From the NCBI GenBank assembly GCA_032718475.1, contig JAUCBJ010003678.1, positions 1-46,352 of the forward strand: a stretch of 46,352 nucleotides of DNA, in the 5' to 3' direction. Below the pieces are notes generated by a model. The model made no database searches. It was not told where the DNA came from and saw only the letters and a program-made list of their open reading frames with translations. Origin of the DNA: Nemertoderma westbladi. Lineage: Eukaryota; Animalia; Xenacoelomorpha. The position numbers were made by a program, and so were the translations under genes. Numbering within the stretch: the first letter of the stretch is position 1; every line of letters starts with the position of its first letter. Positions 30,599-44,389 of the stretch are shown here, piece by piece.

Positions 30599-31865
30599 TC
30601 CACGAAGCTAAGGAAAATCAACTACTTTCGCTAAGAAAGATTTTCCTTAGCTGAGATGGTCTATTCATAGTGGGCTATTTTACTTGTGTGAGGCAGATTT
30701 GGTTTTTTTTGATAGGTGAAAAAACTAGCCTTTAAAAGTACCCTGAAATTTTGCATGTATATACTACTCGTCGAGGCGCATCTTTTGGGCTGGGTCTCAT
30801 ATCCAGGAAAAATCTGGTTTCCATGGCAACGGACTTAGAAAAAAGTCTATGTATTTCAAGTCAATATTTAAAACTCTATTTGTAGGAAAACTATAATAGA
30901 TATAAACTTGGGGTTTCTCAACACAACTATAAGGTCCATAGCAGAGCCGATTGAGGTTAAATAGAAAATCCAGTTACCTTGGCAACCGGGCTAGACAGAT
31001 GTTAAAATTTATAAAATGTTAATTTGAAGCCTAAGGTTAAGGTGTTATGACTTGGGACCAACCCCTACCCCCACTATATAACTTATTCTGCATCCGAATT
31101 ACATTGTTCTATTTTTCAGTTACCATGACAACCGCTGAAAACAGATGTTTTTATTCAAAACTTATTCATTTGGACATAGACTTCACGATAAAATTTTACA
31201 AAACTGGGTATGTGTTATCTGGACCACGAGTTGGAACTTTTAGTGAAACTTAAATTATTCCAGAAATTTAGTTACCATGGTAACTGTAGTTTATTAAACT
31301 CTATATCATTCAAATCTATATTGATAACTCTATTTGTAGCAAAACTGTAATATATATAAACTTGGGGTTTTGCAACTCATCTATAAGATCCATATCCAAG
31401 CCGTTTGAGGTTAATTAGAAAATACAGTTACCATAGCAACAAGTCTAAACAGATGTTAAAATTTATAAAATGATAATTTGAAGCACAAGTTAATAGTATT
31501 ATGACTTGGGACTAACCCCTACCCCCACAATATGACTTATTCTGCATCCGAATTACATTGTTCTATTTTTCAGTTTCCATGACAACCACTGCAAACAGAT
31601 GCAATTTGATAGAAAATCGGTAATCTGGACATAAACTACAATATTTTCTGAAACTCAGTATATGTGTTATCTGAACCACAATCTGTACTGAATTTTTTTT
31701 CAAAGGTTAAAGCAACAGTTCCAGAGAACTCTAGTTTCCATGGGAATAGAAGTTAATTATTGACAATTGCTACTAAGCGAGGCTAAGCAACGAACCAAAG
31801 TGTGGCCGTTTGTTTAATTTTCCTTAGCTTCGTGGTTGCATTTCCTTTAGGAAATGCCTTTCTCG
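30599..31865 (+). mobile_element. Helitron-like copy 6
   Basis: 1267 bp, ends CTCG; appears identical to copies 9, 10 and 12. Confidence 0.9.
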
Positions 31866-31965
31866 TATAACTTATTCTGCATCCGAATTACATTGTTCTA
31901 TTTTTCAGTTACCATGACAACCGCTGAAAACAGATGTTTTTATTCAAAACTTATTCATTTGGACA

Positions 31966-33291
31966 TCCACGAAGCTAAGGAAAATCAACTACTTTCGCTA
32001 AGAAAGATTTTCCTTAGCTGAGATGGTGTATTCATAGTGGGCTATTTTACTTGTGTGAGGCAGATTTGGTTTTTTTTGATAGGTGAAAAAACTAGCCTTT
32101 AAAAGTACCCTGAAATTTTGCATGTATATACTACTCGACGAGGCGCATCTTTTGGGCCGGGTCTCATATCCAGGAAAAATCTGGTTTCCATGGCAACGGA
32201 CATCAAAAAAAGTCTATGTATTTCAAGTCAATATTTATAACTCTATTTGTAGGAAAACTATAATAGATATAAACTTGGGGTTTCTCAACTCAACTGTAAG
32301 GTCCGCAGCAGAGCTGATTGAGGTTCAATAGAAAATCCAGTTGCCTTGGCAACCGGGCTAGACAGATGTTAAAATTTATAAAATGTTAATTTGAAGCCTA
32401 AGGGCAAGGTGTTATGACTTGGGACCAACCCCTACCCCCACTATATAACTTATTCTGCATCCGAATTACATTGTTCTATTTTTCAGTTACCATGACAACC
32501 GCTGAAAACATATGTTTTTATTCAAAACTTATTCATTTGGACATAGACTTCACGATAAAATTTTACAAAACTGGGTATGTGTTATCTGGACCACGAGTTG
32601 GAACTTTTAGTGAAACTTAAATTATTCCAGAAATTTAGTTACCATGGTAACTGTAGTTTATTAAACTCTATATCATTCAAATCTATATTGAAATTTAGTT
32701 ACCATGGTGACTGTAGTTTATTAAACTCTATATCATTCAAGTCTATATTGATAACTCTATTTGTAGCAAAACTGTAATATATATAAACTTGGGGTTTTGC
32801 AACTCATCTATAAGATCCATATCCAAGCCATTTGAGGTTAATTAGAAAATACAGTTAACATAGCAACAAGTCTAAACAGATGTTAAAATTTATAAAATGA
32901 TAATTTGAAGCACAAGTTAATACTATTATGACTTGGGACTAACCCCTACCCCCACTATATGACTTATTCTGCATCCGAATTACATTGTTCTATTTTTCAG
33001 TTTCTATGACAACCACTGCAAACAGATGCATTTTGATAGAAAATCGGTAATTTGGACATAAACTACAATATTTTCTGAAACTCAGTATATGTGTTATCTG
33101 AACCACAATCTGTACTAAATTTTTTTCCAAAGGTTAAAGCAACAGTTCCAGAGAACTCTAGTTTCCATGGGAATAGAAGTTAATTATTGTCAAATGCTAC
33201 TAAACTAGGCTAAGCAACAAACTAATTGTGGCGGTTTGTTTAATTTTCCTTAGCTTCGTGGTTGCATTTCCTTTAGGAAATGCCTTTCTAG
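31966..33291 (+). mobile_element. Helitron-like copy 7 (nested in copy 4; internal 60-bp duplication at 32631-32750)
   Basis: A|TC...CTAG|T with no TSD. Confidence 0.9.
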
Positions 33292-33980
33292 TAGACTTCA
33301 CGATAAAATTTTACAAAACTGGGTATGTGTTATCTGGACCACTAGTTGGAACTTTTAGTGAAACTTAAATTATTCCAGAAATTTAGTTACCATGGTAACT
33401 GTAGTTTATTAAACTCTATATCATTCAAATCTATATTATAACTCTATTTGTAGCAAAACTGTAATATATATAAACTTGGGGTTTTGCAACTCATCTATAA
33501 GATCCATATCCAAGCCGTTTGAGGTTAATTAGAAAATACAGTTACCATAGCAACAAGTCTAAACAGATGTTAAAATTTATAAAATGATAATCTGAAGCAC
33601 AAGTTAATAGTATTATGACTTGGGACTAACCCCTACCCCCACTATATGACTTATTCTGCATCCGAATTACATTGTTCTATTTTTCAGTTTCCATGACAAC
33701 CACTGCAAACAGATGCATTTTGATAGAAAATCGGTAATTTGGACCTAAACTACAATATTTTCTGAAACTCGGAAAGTGTTATCTGAACCACAATCTGGAC
33801 TAAATCTTTTTTAACAGGTAAAACCAACAGTTCCAGAGAATTCTAGTTTCCATGGGAATAGAAGTTATTTATTGGCAAATGCTACTAAACTAGGCTAAGC
33901 AACAAACCAAATTGTGGCCCTTTGTTTAATTTTCCTTAGCTTCGTGGTTGCATTTCCTTTAGGAAATGCCTTTCTCGTAA

Positions 33981-35256
33981 TCCACGAAGCTAAGGAAAAT
34001 CAACTACTTTCGCTAAGAAAGATTTTCCTTAGCTGAGATGGTCTATTCATAGTGGGCTATTTTACTTGTGTGAGGCAGATTTGGGGTTTTTTGATAGGCG
34101 AAAAAACTAGCCTTTAAAAGTACCCTGAAATTTTGCATGTATATACTACTCGACGAGGCGCATCTTTTGGGCCGGGTCTCATATCCAGGAAAAATCTGGT
34201 TTCCATGGCAACGGACTTCAAAAAAAGTCTATGTATTTCAAGTCAATATTTATAACTCTATTTGTAGGAAAACTATAATAGATATAAACTTGGGGTTTCG
34301 CAACACAACTATAAGGTCCATAGCAGAACCGATTGAGGCTAAATAGAAAATCCAGTTACCTTGGCAACCGGGATAAACAGATGTTAAAATTTATAAAATG
34401 TTAATTTGAAGCCTAAGGGCAAGGTGTTATGACTTGGGACCAACCCCTACCCCCACTATATAACTTATTCTGCATCCGAATTACATTGTTCTATTTTTCA
34501 GTTACCATGACAACAGCCGAAAACATATGTTTTTATACAAAAATTATTCATTTGGACATAGACTTCGCGATAAAATTTTACAAAACTGGGTATGTGTTAT
34601 CTGCACCACTAGTTGGAACTTTTAGTGAAACTTAAATCATTCCAGAAATTTAGTTACCATGGTAACTGTAGTTTATTAAACTCTATATCATTCAAGTCTA
34701 TATTGATAACTCTATTTCTAGCAAAACTGTAATATATATAAACTTGGGGTTTTGTAACTCATCTATAATTTCCATATCCATCCAAGCCGTTTGAGGTTAA
34801 TTAGAAAGTACAGTTACCATAGCAACAAGACTAAACAGATGTTACTATTTATAAAATGATAATTTGAAGCACAAGTTAATAGTATTATGACTTGGGACCA
34901 AGACCTACCCCCACTATATGACTTATTCTGCATCCGAATTACATTATTATATTTTTCAGTTTCCATGACAACCACTGCAAACAGATGCATTTTGATAGAA
35001 AATCGGTAATTTGGACATAAACTACAATATTTTCTGAAACTCGGTATATGTGTTATAATCTGAACCACAATCTGGACTGAATCTTTTTTCAAAGGTAAAA
35101 CCCACAGTTCCAGAGAACTCTAGTTTCCATGGGAATAGACGTAAATTATTGGCAATTGCTACTAAACTAGGCTATAAGCAACGAACCAAAGTGTGGCCGT
35201 TTGTTTAATTTTCCTTAGCTTCGTGGTTGCATTTCCTTTAGGAAATGCCTTTCTCG
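33981..35256 (+). mobile_element. Helitron-like copy 8
   Basis: 3-bp spacer TAA from copy 4; ends CTCG. Confidence 0.9.
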
Positions 35257-35269
35257 TAAAATAATAGAA

Positions 35270-36536
35270 TCCACGAAGCTAAGGAAAATCAACTACTTTC
35301 GCTAAGAAAGATTTTCCTTAGCTGAGATGGTCTATTCATAGTGGGCTATTTTACTTGTGTGAGGCAGATTTGGTTTTTTTTGATAGGTGAAAAAACTAGC
35401 CTTTAAAAGTACCCTGAAATTTTGCATGTATATACTACTCGTCGAGGCGCATCTTTTGGGCTGGGTCTCATATCCAGGAAAAATCTGGTTTCCATGGCAA
35501 CGGACTTAGAAAAAAGTCTATGTATTTCAAGTCAATATTTAAAACTCTATTTGTAGGAAAACTATAATAGATATAAACTTGGGGTTTCTCAACACAACTA
35601 TAAGGTCCATAGCAGAGCCGATTGAGGTTAAATAGAAAATCCAGTTACCTTGGCAACCGGGCTAGACAGATGTTAAAATTTATAAAATGTTAATTTGAAG
35701 CCTAAGGTTAAGGTGTTATGACTTGGGACCAACCCCTACCCCCACTATATAACTTATTCTGCATCCGAATTACATTGTTCTATTTTTCAGTTACCATGAC
35801 AACCGCTGAAAACAGATGTTTTTATTCAAAACTTATTCATTTGGACATAGACTTCACGATAAAATTTTACAAAACTGGGTATGTGTTATCTGGACCACGA
35901 GTTGGAACTTTTAGTGAAACTTAAATTATTCCAGAAATTTAGTTACCATGGTAACTGTAGTTTATTAAACTCTATATCATTCAAATCTATATTGATAACT
36001 CTATTTGTAGCAAAACTGTAATATATATAAACTTGGGGTTTTGCAACTCATCTATAAGATCCATATCCAAGCCGTTTGAGGTTAATTAGAAAATACAGTT
36101 ACCATAGCAACAAGTCTAAACAGATGTTAAAATTTATAAAATGATAATTTGAAGCACAAGTTAATAGTATTATGACTTGGGACTAACCCCTACCCCCACA
36201 ATATGACTTATTCTGCATCCGAATTACATTGTTCTATTTTTCAGTTTCCATGACAACCACTGCAAACAGATGCAATTTGATAGAAAATCGGTAATCTGGA
36301 CATAAACTACAATATTTTCTGAAACTCAGTATATGTGTTATCTGAACCACAATCTGTACTGAATTTTTTTTCAAAGGTTAAAGCAACAGTTCCAGAGAAC
36401 TCTAGTTTCCATGGGAATAGAAGTTAATTATTGACAATTGCTACTAAGCGAGGCTAAGCAACGAACCAAAGTGTGGCCGTTTGTTTAATTTTCCTTAGCT
36501 TCGTGGTTGCATTTCCTTTAGGAAATGCCTTTCTCG
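35270..36536 (+). mobile_element. Helitron-like copy 9
   Basis: 1267 bp; 13-bp spacer upstream. Confidence 0.9.
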
Positions 36537-36552
36537 TATAAGGAGGCTATAA

Positions 36553-37819
36553 TCCACGAAGCTAAGGAAAATCAACTACTTTCGCTAAGAAAGATTTTCC
36601 TTAGCTGAGATGGTCTATTCATAGTGGGCTATTTTACTTGTGTGAGGCAGATTTGGTTTTTTTTGATAGGTGAAAAAACTAGCCTTTAAAAGTACCCTGA
36701 AATTTTGCATGTATATACTACTCGTCGAGGCGCATCTTTTGGGCTGGGTCTCATATCCAGGAAAAATCTGGTTTCCATGGCAACGGACTTAGAAAAAAGT
36801 CTATGTATTTCAAGTCAATATTTAAAACTCTATTTGTAGGAAAACTATAATAGATATAAACTTGGGGTTTCTCAACACAACTATAAGGTCCATAGCAGAG
36901 CCGATTGAGGTTAAATAGAAAATCCAGTTACCTTGGCAACCGGGCTAGACAGATGTTAAAATTTATAAAATGTTAATTTGAAGCCTAAGGTTAAGGTGTT
37001 ATGACTTGGGACCAACCCCTACCCCCACTATATAACTTATTCTGCATCCGAATTACATTGTTCTATTTTTCAGTTACCATGACAACCGCTGAAAACAGAT
37101 GTTTTTATTCAAAACTTATTCATTTGGACATAGACTTCACGATAAAATTTTACAAAACTGGGTATGTGTTATCTGGACCACGAGTTGGAACTTTTAGTGA
37201 AACTTAAATTATTCCAGAAATTTAGTTACCATGGTAACTGTAGTTTATTAAACTCTATATCATTCAAATCTATATTGATAACTCTATTTGTAGCAAAACT
37301 GTAATATATATAAACTTGGGGTTTTGCAACTCATCTATAAGATCCATATCCAAGCCGTTTGAGGTTAATTAGAAAATACAGTTACCATAGCAACAAGTCT
37401 AAACAGATGTTAAAATTTATAAAATGATAATTTGAAGCACAAGTTAATAGTATTATGACTTGGGACTAACCCCTACCCCCACAATATGACTTATTCTGCA
37501 TCCGAATTACATTGTTCTATTTTTCAGTTTCCATGACAACCACTGCAAACAGATGCAATTTGATAGAAAATCGGTAATCTGGACATAAACTACAATATTT
37601 TCTGAAACTCAGTATATGTGTTATCTGAACCACAATCTGTACTGAATTTTTTTTCAAAGGTTAAAGCAACAGTTCCAGAGAACTCTAGTTTCCATGGGAA
37701 TAGAAGTTAATTATTGACAATTGCTACTAAGCGAGGCTAAGCAACGAACCAAAGTGTGGCCGTTTGTTTAATTTTCCTTAGCTTCGTGGTTGCATTTCCT
37801 TTAGGAAATGCCTTTCTCG
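36553..37819 (+). mobile_element. Helitron-like copy 10
   Basis: 1267 bp; 16-bp spacer upstream. Confidence 0.9.
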
Positions 37820-37942
37820 TACCGGTAGGCCTATCTACTGATCTACCGGTACTGTAAGATTTAGGTTAACTGTAAGAAGAGTTTCACTTTTCAGTTTTCA
37901 CTTTTTTTAGCAGCATCGCTCAGTCTGTCAGTAGCTGCATAG

Positions 37943-39206
37943 TCCACGAAGCTAAGGAAAATCAACTACTTTCGCTAAGAAAGATTTTCCTTAGCTGAGA
38001 TGGTCTATTCATAGTGGGCTATTTTACTTGTATGAGGCAGATTTGGTTTTTTTTGGTCGGTGAAAAAACTAGCCTTTAAAAGTACCCTGAAATTTTGCAT
38101 GTATATACTACTCGTCGAGGCGCATCTTTTGGGCCGGGTCTAATATCCAGGAAAAATCTGGTTTCCATGGCAACGGACTTCAAAAAAATCTATGTATTTC
38201 AAGTCAATATTTATAACTCTATTTGTAGGAAAACTATAATAGATATAAACTTGGGGTTTCGCAACACAACTATAAGGTCCATAGCAGATCCGATTGAGGC
38301 TAAATAGAAAATCCAGTTTCCTTGGCAACCGGGATAAACAGATGTTAAAATTTATAAAATGTTAATTTGAGGTCTAAGGGCAAGGTGTTATGACTTGGGA
38401 CCAACCCCTACCCCCACTATATAACTTATTCTGCATCCGAATTACATTGTTCTATTTTTCAGTTACCATGACAACCGCTGAAAACAGATGTTTTTATTCA
38501 AACCTTATTCATTTGGACATAGATTTCACGATAAAATTTTACAAAACTGGGTATGTGTTATCTGGACCACTAGTTGGAACTTTTAGTGAAACTCAAATTA
38601 TTCCAGAAATTTAGTTACCATGGTAACTGAAGTTTATTAAACTCGATATCATTCAAATCTATATTGATAACTCTATTTGTAGCAAAACTGTAATATATAT
38701 AAACTTGGGGTTTTGCAACTCATCTATAAGATCCATATCCAAGCCGTTTGAGGTTAATTAGAAAATACAGTTACCATAGCAACAAGTCTAAACAGATGTT
38801 AAAATTTATAAAATGATAATTTGAAGCACAAGTTAATAGTATTATGACTTGGGACTAACCCCTACCCCCACTATATGACTTATTCTGCATCCGAATTACA
38901 TTGTTCTATTTTTCAGTTTCCATGACAATCACTGCAAACAGATGCATTTTGATAGAAAATCGGTAATTTGGACATAAACTACAATATTTTCTGAAACTCA
39001 GTATGTGTTATCTGAACCACAATCTGTACTGAATTTTTTTTCAAAAGTTAAAGCAACAGTTCCAGAGAACTCTAGTTTCCATGGGAATAGAAGTTAATTA
39101 TTGACAATTGCTACTAAACGAGGCTAAGCAACGAACCAAAGTCTGGCCGTTTGTTTAATTTTCCTTAGCTTCGTGGTTGCATTTCCTTTAGGAAATGCCT
39201 TTCTAG
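37943..39206 (+). mobile_element. Helitron-like copy 11
   Basis: G|TC...CTAG, directly abutting copy 12. Confidence 0.9.
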
Positions 39207-40473
39207 TCCACGAAGCTAAGGAAAATCAACTACTTTCGCTAAGAAAGATTTTCCTTAGCTGAGATGGTCTATTCATAGTGGGCTATTTTACTTGTGTGAG
39301 GCAGATTTGGTTTTTTTTGATAGGTGAAAAAACTAGCCTTTAAAAGTACCCTGAAATTTTGCATGTATATACTACTCGTCGAGGCGCATCTTTTGGGCTG
39401 GGTCTCATATCCAGGAAAAATCTGGTTTCCATGGCAACGGACTTAGAAAAAAGTCTATGTATTTCAAGTCAATATTTAAAACTCTATTTGTAGGAAAACT
39501 ATAATAGATATAAACTTGGGGTTTCTCAACACAACTATAAGGTCCATAGCAGAGCCGATTGAGGTTAAATAGAAAATCCAGTTACCTTGGCAACCGGGCT
39601 AGACAGATGTTAAAATTTATAAAATGTTAATTTGAAGCCTAAGGTTAAGGTGTTATGACTTGGGACCAACCCCTACCCCCACTATATAACTTATTCTGCA
39701 TCCGAATTACATTGTTCTATTTTTCAGTTACCATGACAACCGCTGAAAACAGATGTTTTTATTCAAAACTTATTCATTTGGACATAGACTTCACGATAAA
39801 ATTTTACAAAACTGGGTATGTGTTATCTGGACCACGAGTTGGAACTTTTAGTGAAACTTAAATTATTCCAGAAATTTAGTTACCATGGTAACTGTAGTTT
39901 ATTAAACTCTATATCATTCAAATCTATATTGATAACTCTATTTGTAGCAAAACTGTAATATATATAAACTTGGGGTTTTGCAACTCATCTATAAGATCCA
40001 TATCCAAGCCGTTTGAGGTTAATTAGAAAATACAGTTACCATAGCAACAAGTCTAAACAGATGTTAAAATTTATAAAATGATAATTTGAAGCACAAGTTA
40101 ATAGTATTATGACTTGGGACTAACCCCTACCCCCACAATATGACTTATTCTGCATCCGAATTACATTGTTCTATTTTTCAGTTTCCATGACAACCACTGC
40201 AAACAGATGCAATTTGATAGAAAATCGGTAATCTGGACATAAACTACAATATTTTCTGAAACTCAGTATATGTGTTATCTGAACCACAATCTGTACTGAA
40301 TTTTTTTTCAAAGGTTAAAGCAACAGTTCCAGAGAACTCTAGTTTCCATGGGAATAGAAGTTAATTATTGACAATTGCTACTAAGCGAGGCTAAGCAACG
40401 AACCAAAGTGTGGCCGTTTGTTTAATTTTCCTTAGCTTCGTGGTTGCATTTCCTTTAGGAAATGCCTTTCTCG
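39207..40473 (+). mobile_element. Helitron-like copy 12
   Basis: 1267 bp; head-to-tail junction CTAG|TCCACG. Confidence 0.9.
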
Positions 40474-40541
40474 TTACATTGTTCTATTTTTCAGTTTCCA
40501 TGACAACCACTGCAAACAGATGCATTTTGATAGAAAATCGG

Positions 40542-41798
40542 TCCACGAAGCTAAGGAAAATCAACTACTTTCGCTAAGAAAGATTTTCCTTAGCTGAGAT
40601 GGTCTATTCATAGTGGGCTATTTTACTTGTGTGAGGCAGATTTGGTTTTTTTTGATTCCGGAAAAAACTAGCCTTTAAAAGTACCCTGAAATTTTGCATG
40701 TATATACTACTCGGCGAGACGCATCTTTTAGGCCGGGTCTCATATCCAGGAAAAATCTGGTTTCCATGGCAACGGACTTAGAAAAAAGTCTATGTATTTC
40801 AAGTCAATATTTATAACTCTATTTGTAGGAAAACTATAATAGATATAAACTTGGGGTTTCTCAACTCAACTATAAGTTCCATAGCAGAGCCGATTGAGGT
40901 TAAATAGAAAATCCAGTTACCTTGGCAACCGGGCTAAACAGATGTTAAAATTAATAAAATGTTAATTTTAAGCCTAAGGTTAAGGTGTTGTGACTTGGGA
41001 CCAACCCCTACCCCCACTATATAACTTATTTGCGTCCAAATTTCATTGTTCTATTTTGTAGTTTCCATGACAACCGCTGAAAACAGATGTTTTAATTCAA
41101 AAATTACTCATTTGGACGTAGACTTCGCGATAAAATTTTACGAAACTGGTTATGTGTTATCTGGACCACTAGTTCGAACTTTTAGTAAAACTCAAAACAT
41201 TCCAGAAATATCTAGTTACCATGGTAACTGGAGTTTATTACAGATTATATCATTCAAGTTTATATTCATAACTCTATTTATAGAATAACCGCAATAGATA
41301 TAAACTTGGGGTTTCTCATCTCAATGATAAGAACAATAGTCGAGCTGATTGAGGTTTAATTAGAAAATCCAGTTACCAGGGCTACCATGCTAAAAAGATG
41401 TTCAAATTTATAAAATTGTTATTTGAAGCATAAATTTAAGGTATTACGACTTGGGACCAATCCCTACCCCCACTATATCACTAATTCCGCATCCAATTTA
41501 AATTGTCGCATTTTTCAGTTTCCATGACAACCACTACAAACAGACGTTTTAACAATTAAATCCTTTGTTTTACACATTAACTACTCAATGAAACTGAATT
41601 GAAGTATGTGTCACCTGGAACCACAAACCGGAGCTTAATGTAAACCTCAGCAGTTCTAGAAAACTCCGGTTGCCATGGTAATATGAGTTTTAAAGGCATA
41701 TGCATCTTAACTCTGTAAAGCAATGAAGTGATGAGTCAAAGAGTGTTTAATTTTCCTTAGCTTCGTGGTTGCATTTCCTTTAGGAAATGCCTTTCTAG
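40542..41798 (+). mobile_element. Helitron-like copy 13 (divergent 3'-half subfamily)
   Basis: 3' half ('caaaccggagcttaatgtaaacctcagc') shared only with copy 15. Confidence 0.9.
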
Positions 41799-41854
41799 TA
41801 ATGTTGTACACATTCATGGATGACGGGTCCTACAAATTACCCAAAAAAACACAA

Positions 41855-43124
41855 TCCACGAAGCTAAGGAAAATCAACTACTTTCGCTAAGAAAGATTTT
41901 CCTTAGCTGAGATGGTCTATTCATAGTGGGCTATTTTACTTGTGTGAGGCAGATTTGGTTTTTTTTGGTCGGGGAAAAAACTAGCCTTTAAAAGTACCCT
42001 GAAATTTTGCATGTATATACTACTCATCAAGGCGCGTCGTGTGGGATGGGTCTCATATCCAGGAAAAATCTGGTTTCCATGGCAACGGACTTAGAAAAAA
42101 GTCTATGTATTTCAAGTCAATATTTATAACTCTATTTGTAGGAAAACTATAATAGATATAAACTTGGGGTTTCTCAACTCAACTATAAGGTCCATAGCAG
42201 AGCCGATTGAGGTTAAATATAAAATCCAGTTACCTTGGCAACCGGTCTAAACAGATGTTAAAATTTATAAAATGTTAATTTGAAGCCTAAGGTTAAGGTG
42301 TTATGACTTGGGACCAACCCCTACCCCCACTATATAACTTATTCTGCGTCCGAATTTGATTGTTCTATTTTGCAGTTACCATGACAACCGCTGAAAAAAG
42401 TTGTTATTATGCAAAAATTAATCATTTGGACATAGACTTCATGATGAAATTTTATGAAACTGGGTATGTGTTATCTGGACCACTAGTTGGAACTTTTAGT
42501 GAAACTCAAAACATTCCAGAAATATCTAGTTACCATGGTAACTGGAGTTTATTAAAGTCTATATCATTCAAGTCTAAACTCAATACTCTATTTGTAGCAA
42601 AATAATGTAATATATATAAATTTGGGGTTTTGCAACTCATCTATAAGGTCCATATTCAAGCCGTTCGATGTTAATTACACAATCCAGTTACCATAGCAAC
42701 AAGACTAAACAGATGTTAAAATTTATAAAATGATAATTTGAAGCACAAGTTAATAGTATTATGACTTGGGACCAACACCTACCCCCACTATATGACTTAT
42801 TCTGCATCTGAATTACATTGTTCTATTTTTCAGTTTCCATGACAACCCCTGCAAACAGATGCATTTTGATAGAAAATCGGTAATTTGGACATAAACTACA
42901 ATATTTTCTGAAACTCGGTAAATGTGTTATCTGAACCACAATCTGGACTGAATCTTTTTTCAAAGGTAAACCCAACAGTTCCAGAGAACTCTAGTTTCAA
43001 TGGGAATAGAAGTTATTTTTAGAAAATGCTACTAAATGAGGCTAAGCAACGAACCAGATAGTGGCCCTTTGTTTAATTTTCCTTAGCTTCGTGGTTGCAT
43101 TTCCTTTAGGAAATGCCTTTCTCG
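41855..43124 (+). mobile_element. Helitron-like copy 14
   Basis: A|TC...CTCG|T. Confidence 0.9.
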
Positions 43125-43132
43125 TACAGCAA

Positions 43133-44389
43133 TCCACGAAGCTAAGGAAAATCAACTACTTTCGCTAAGAAAGATTTTCCTTAGCTGAGATGGTCTATTC
43201 ATAGTGGGCTATTTTACTTGTGTGAGGCAGATTTGGTTTTTTTTGGTCGGGGAAAAAACTAGCCTTTAAAAGTACCCTGAAATTTTGCATGTATATACTA
43301 CTCGTCGAGGCGCATCGTGTGGGATGGGTCTCATATCCAGGAAAAATCTGGTTTCCATGGCAACGGACTTAGAAAAAAGTCTATGTATTTCAAGTCAATA
43401 TTTACAACTCTATTTGTAGGAAAACTATAATAGATATAAACTTGGGGTTTCTCAACTCAACTATAAGGTCCATAGCTGATCCGATTGAGGCTAAATAGAA
43501 AATCCAGTTACCTTGGCAACCGGGATAAACAGATGTTAAAATTTATAAAATGTTAATTTGAAGCCTAAGGTTAACGTGTTATGACTTGGGACCAACCCCT
43601 ACCCCCACTATATAACTTATTCTGCGTCCAAATTTCATTGTTCTATTTTGTAGTTTCCATGACAACCGCTGAAAACAGATGTTTTAATACAAAAATTACT
43701 CATTTGGACGTAGACTTCGCGATAAAATTTTACGAAACTGGTTATGTGTTATCTGGACCACTAGTTCGAACTTTTAGTAAAACTCAAAACATTCCAGAAA
43801 TATCTAGTTACCATGGTAACTGGAGTTTATTACAGATTATATCATTCAAGTCTATATTCATAACTCTATTTATAGAATAACCGCAATAGATATAAACTTG
43901 GGGTTTCTCAACTCAAGGATAAGAACAATAGTCGAGCTGATTGAGGTTAATTAGAAAATCCAGTTACCAGGGCAACCATGCTAAACAGATGTTCAAATTT
44001 ATAAAATGGTTATTTGAAGCATAAATTTAAGGTATTACGACTTGGGACCAATCCCTACCCCCACTATATCACTAATTCCGCATCCAATTTAAATTGTCGC
44101 ATTTTTCAGTTTCCATGACAACCACTACAAACAGACGTTTTAACAATTAAATCCTTTGTTTTACACATTAACTACTCAATGAAACTGAATTGAAGTATCT
44201 GTCACCTGGAACCACAAACCGGAGCTTAATGTAAACCTCAGCAGTTCTAGAAAACTCCGGTTGCCATGGTAATATGAGTTTTAAAGGCATATGCCTCTTA
44301 ACTCTGTAAAGCAATGAAGTGATGAGTCAAAGAGTGTTTAATTTTCCTTAGCTTCGTGGTTGCATTTCCTTTAGGAAATGCCTTTCTAG
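43133..44389 (+). mobile_element. Helitron-like copy 15 (divergent 3'-half subfamily)
   Basis: 8-bp spacer upstream; ends CTAG. Confidence 0.9.

Larger units (their letters stand above)
29395..33977 (+). mobile_element. Helitron-like copy 4, split into 29395-29872, 31866-31965 and 33292-33977 by nested copies
   Basis: The pieces rejoin perfectly: cacta|tataac and ggaca|tagact. Confidence 0.88.
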
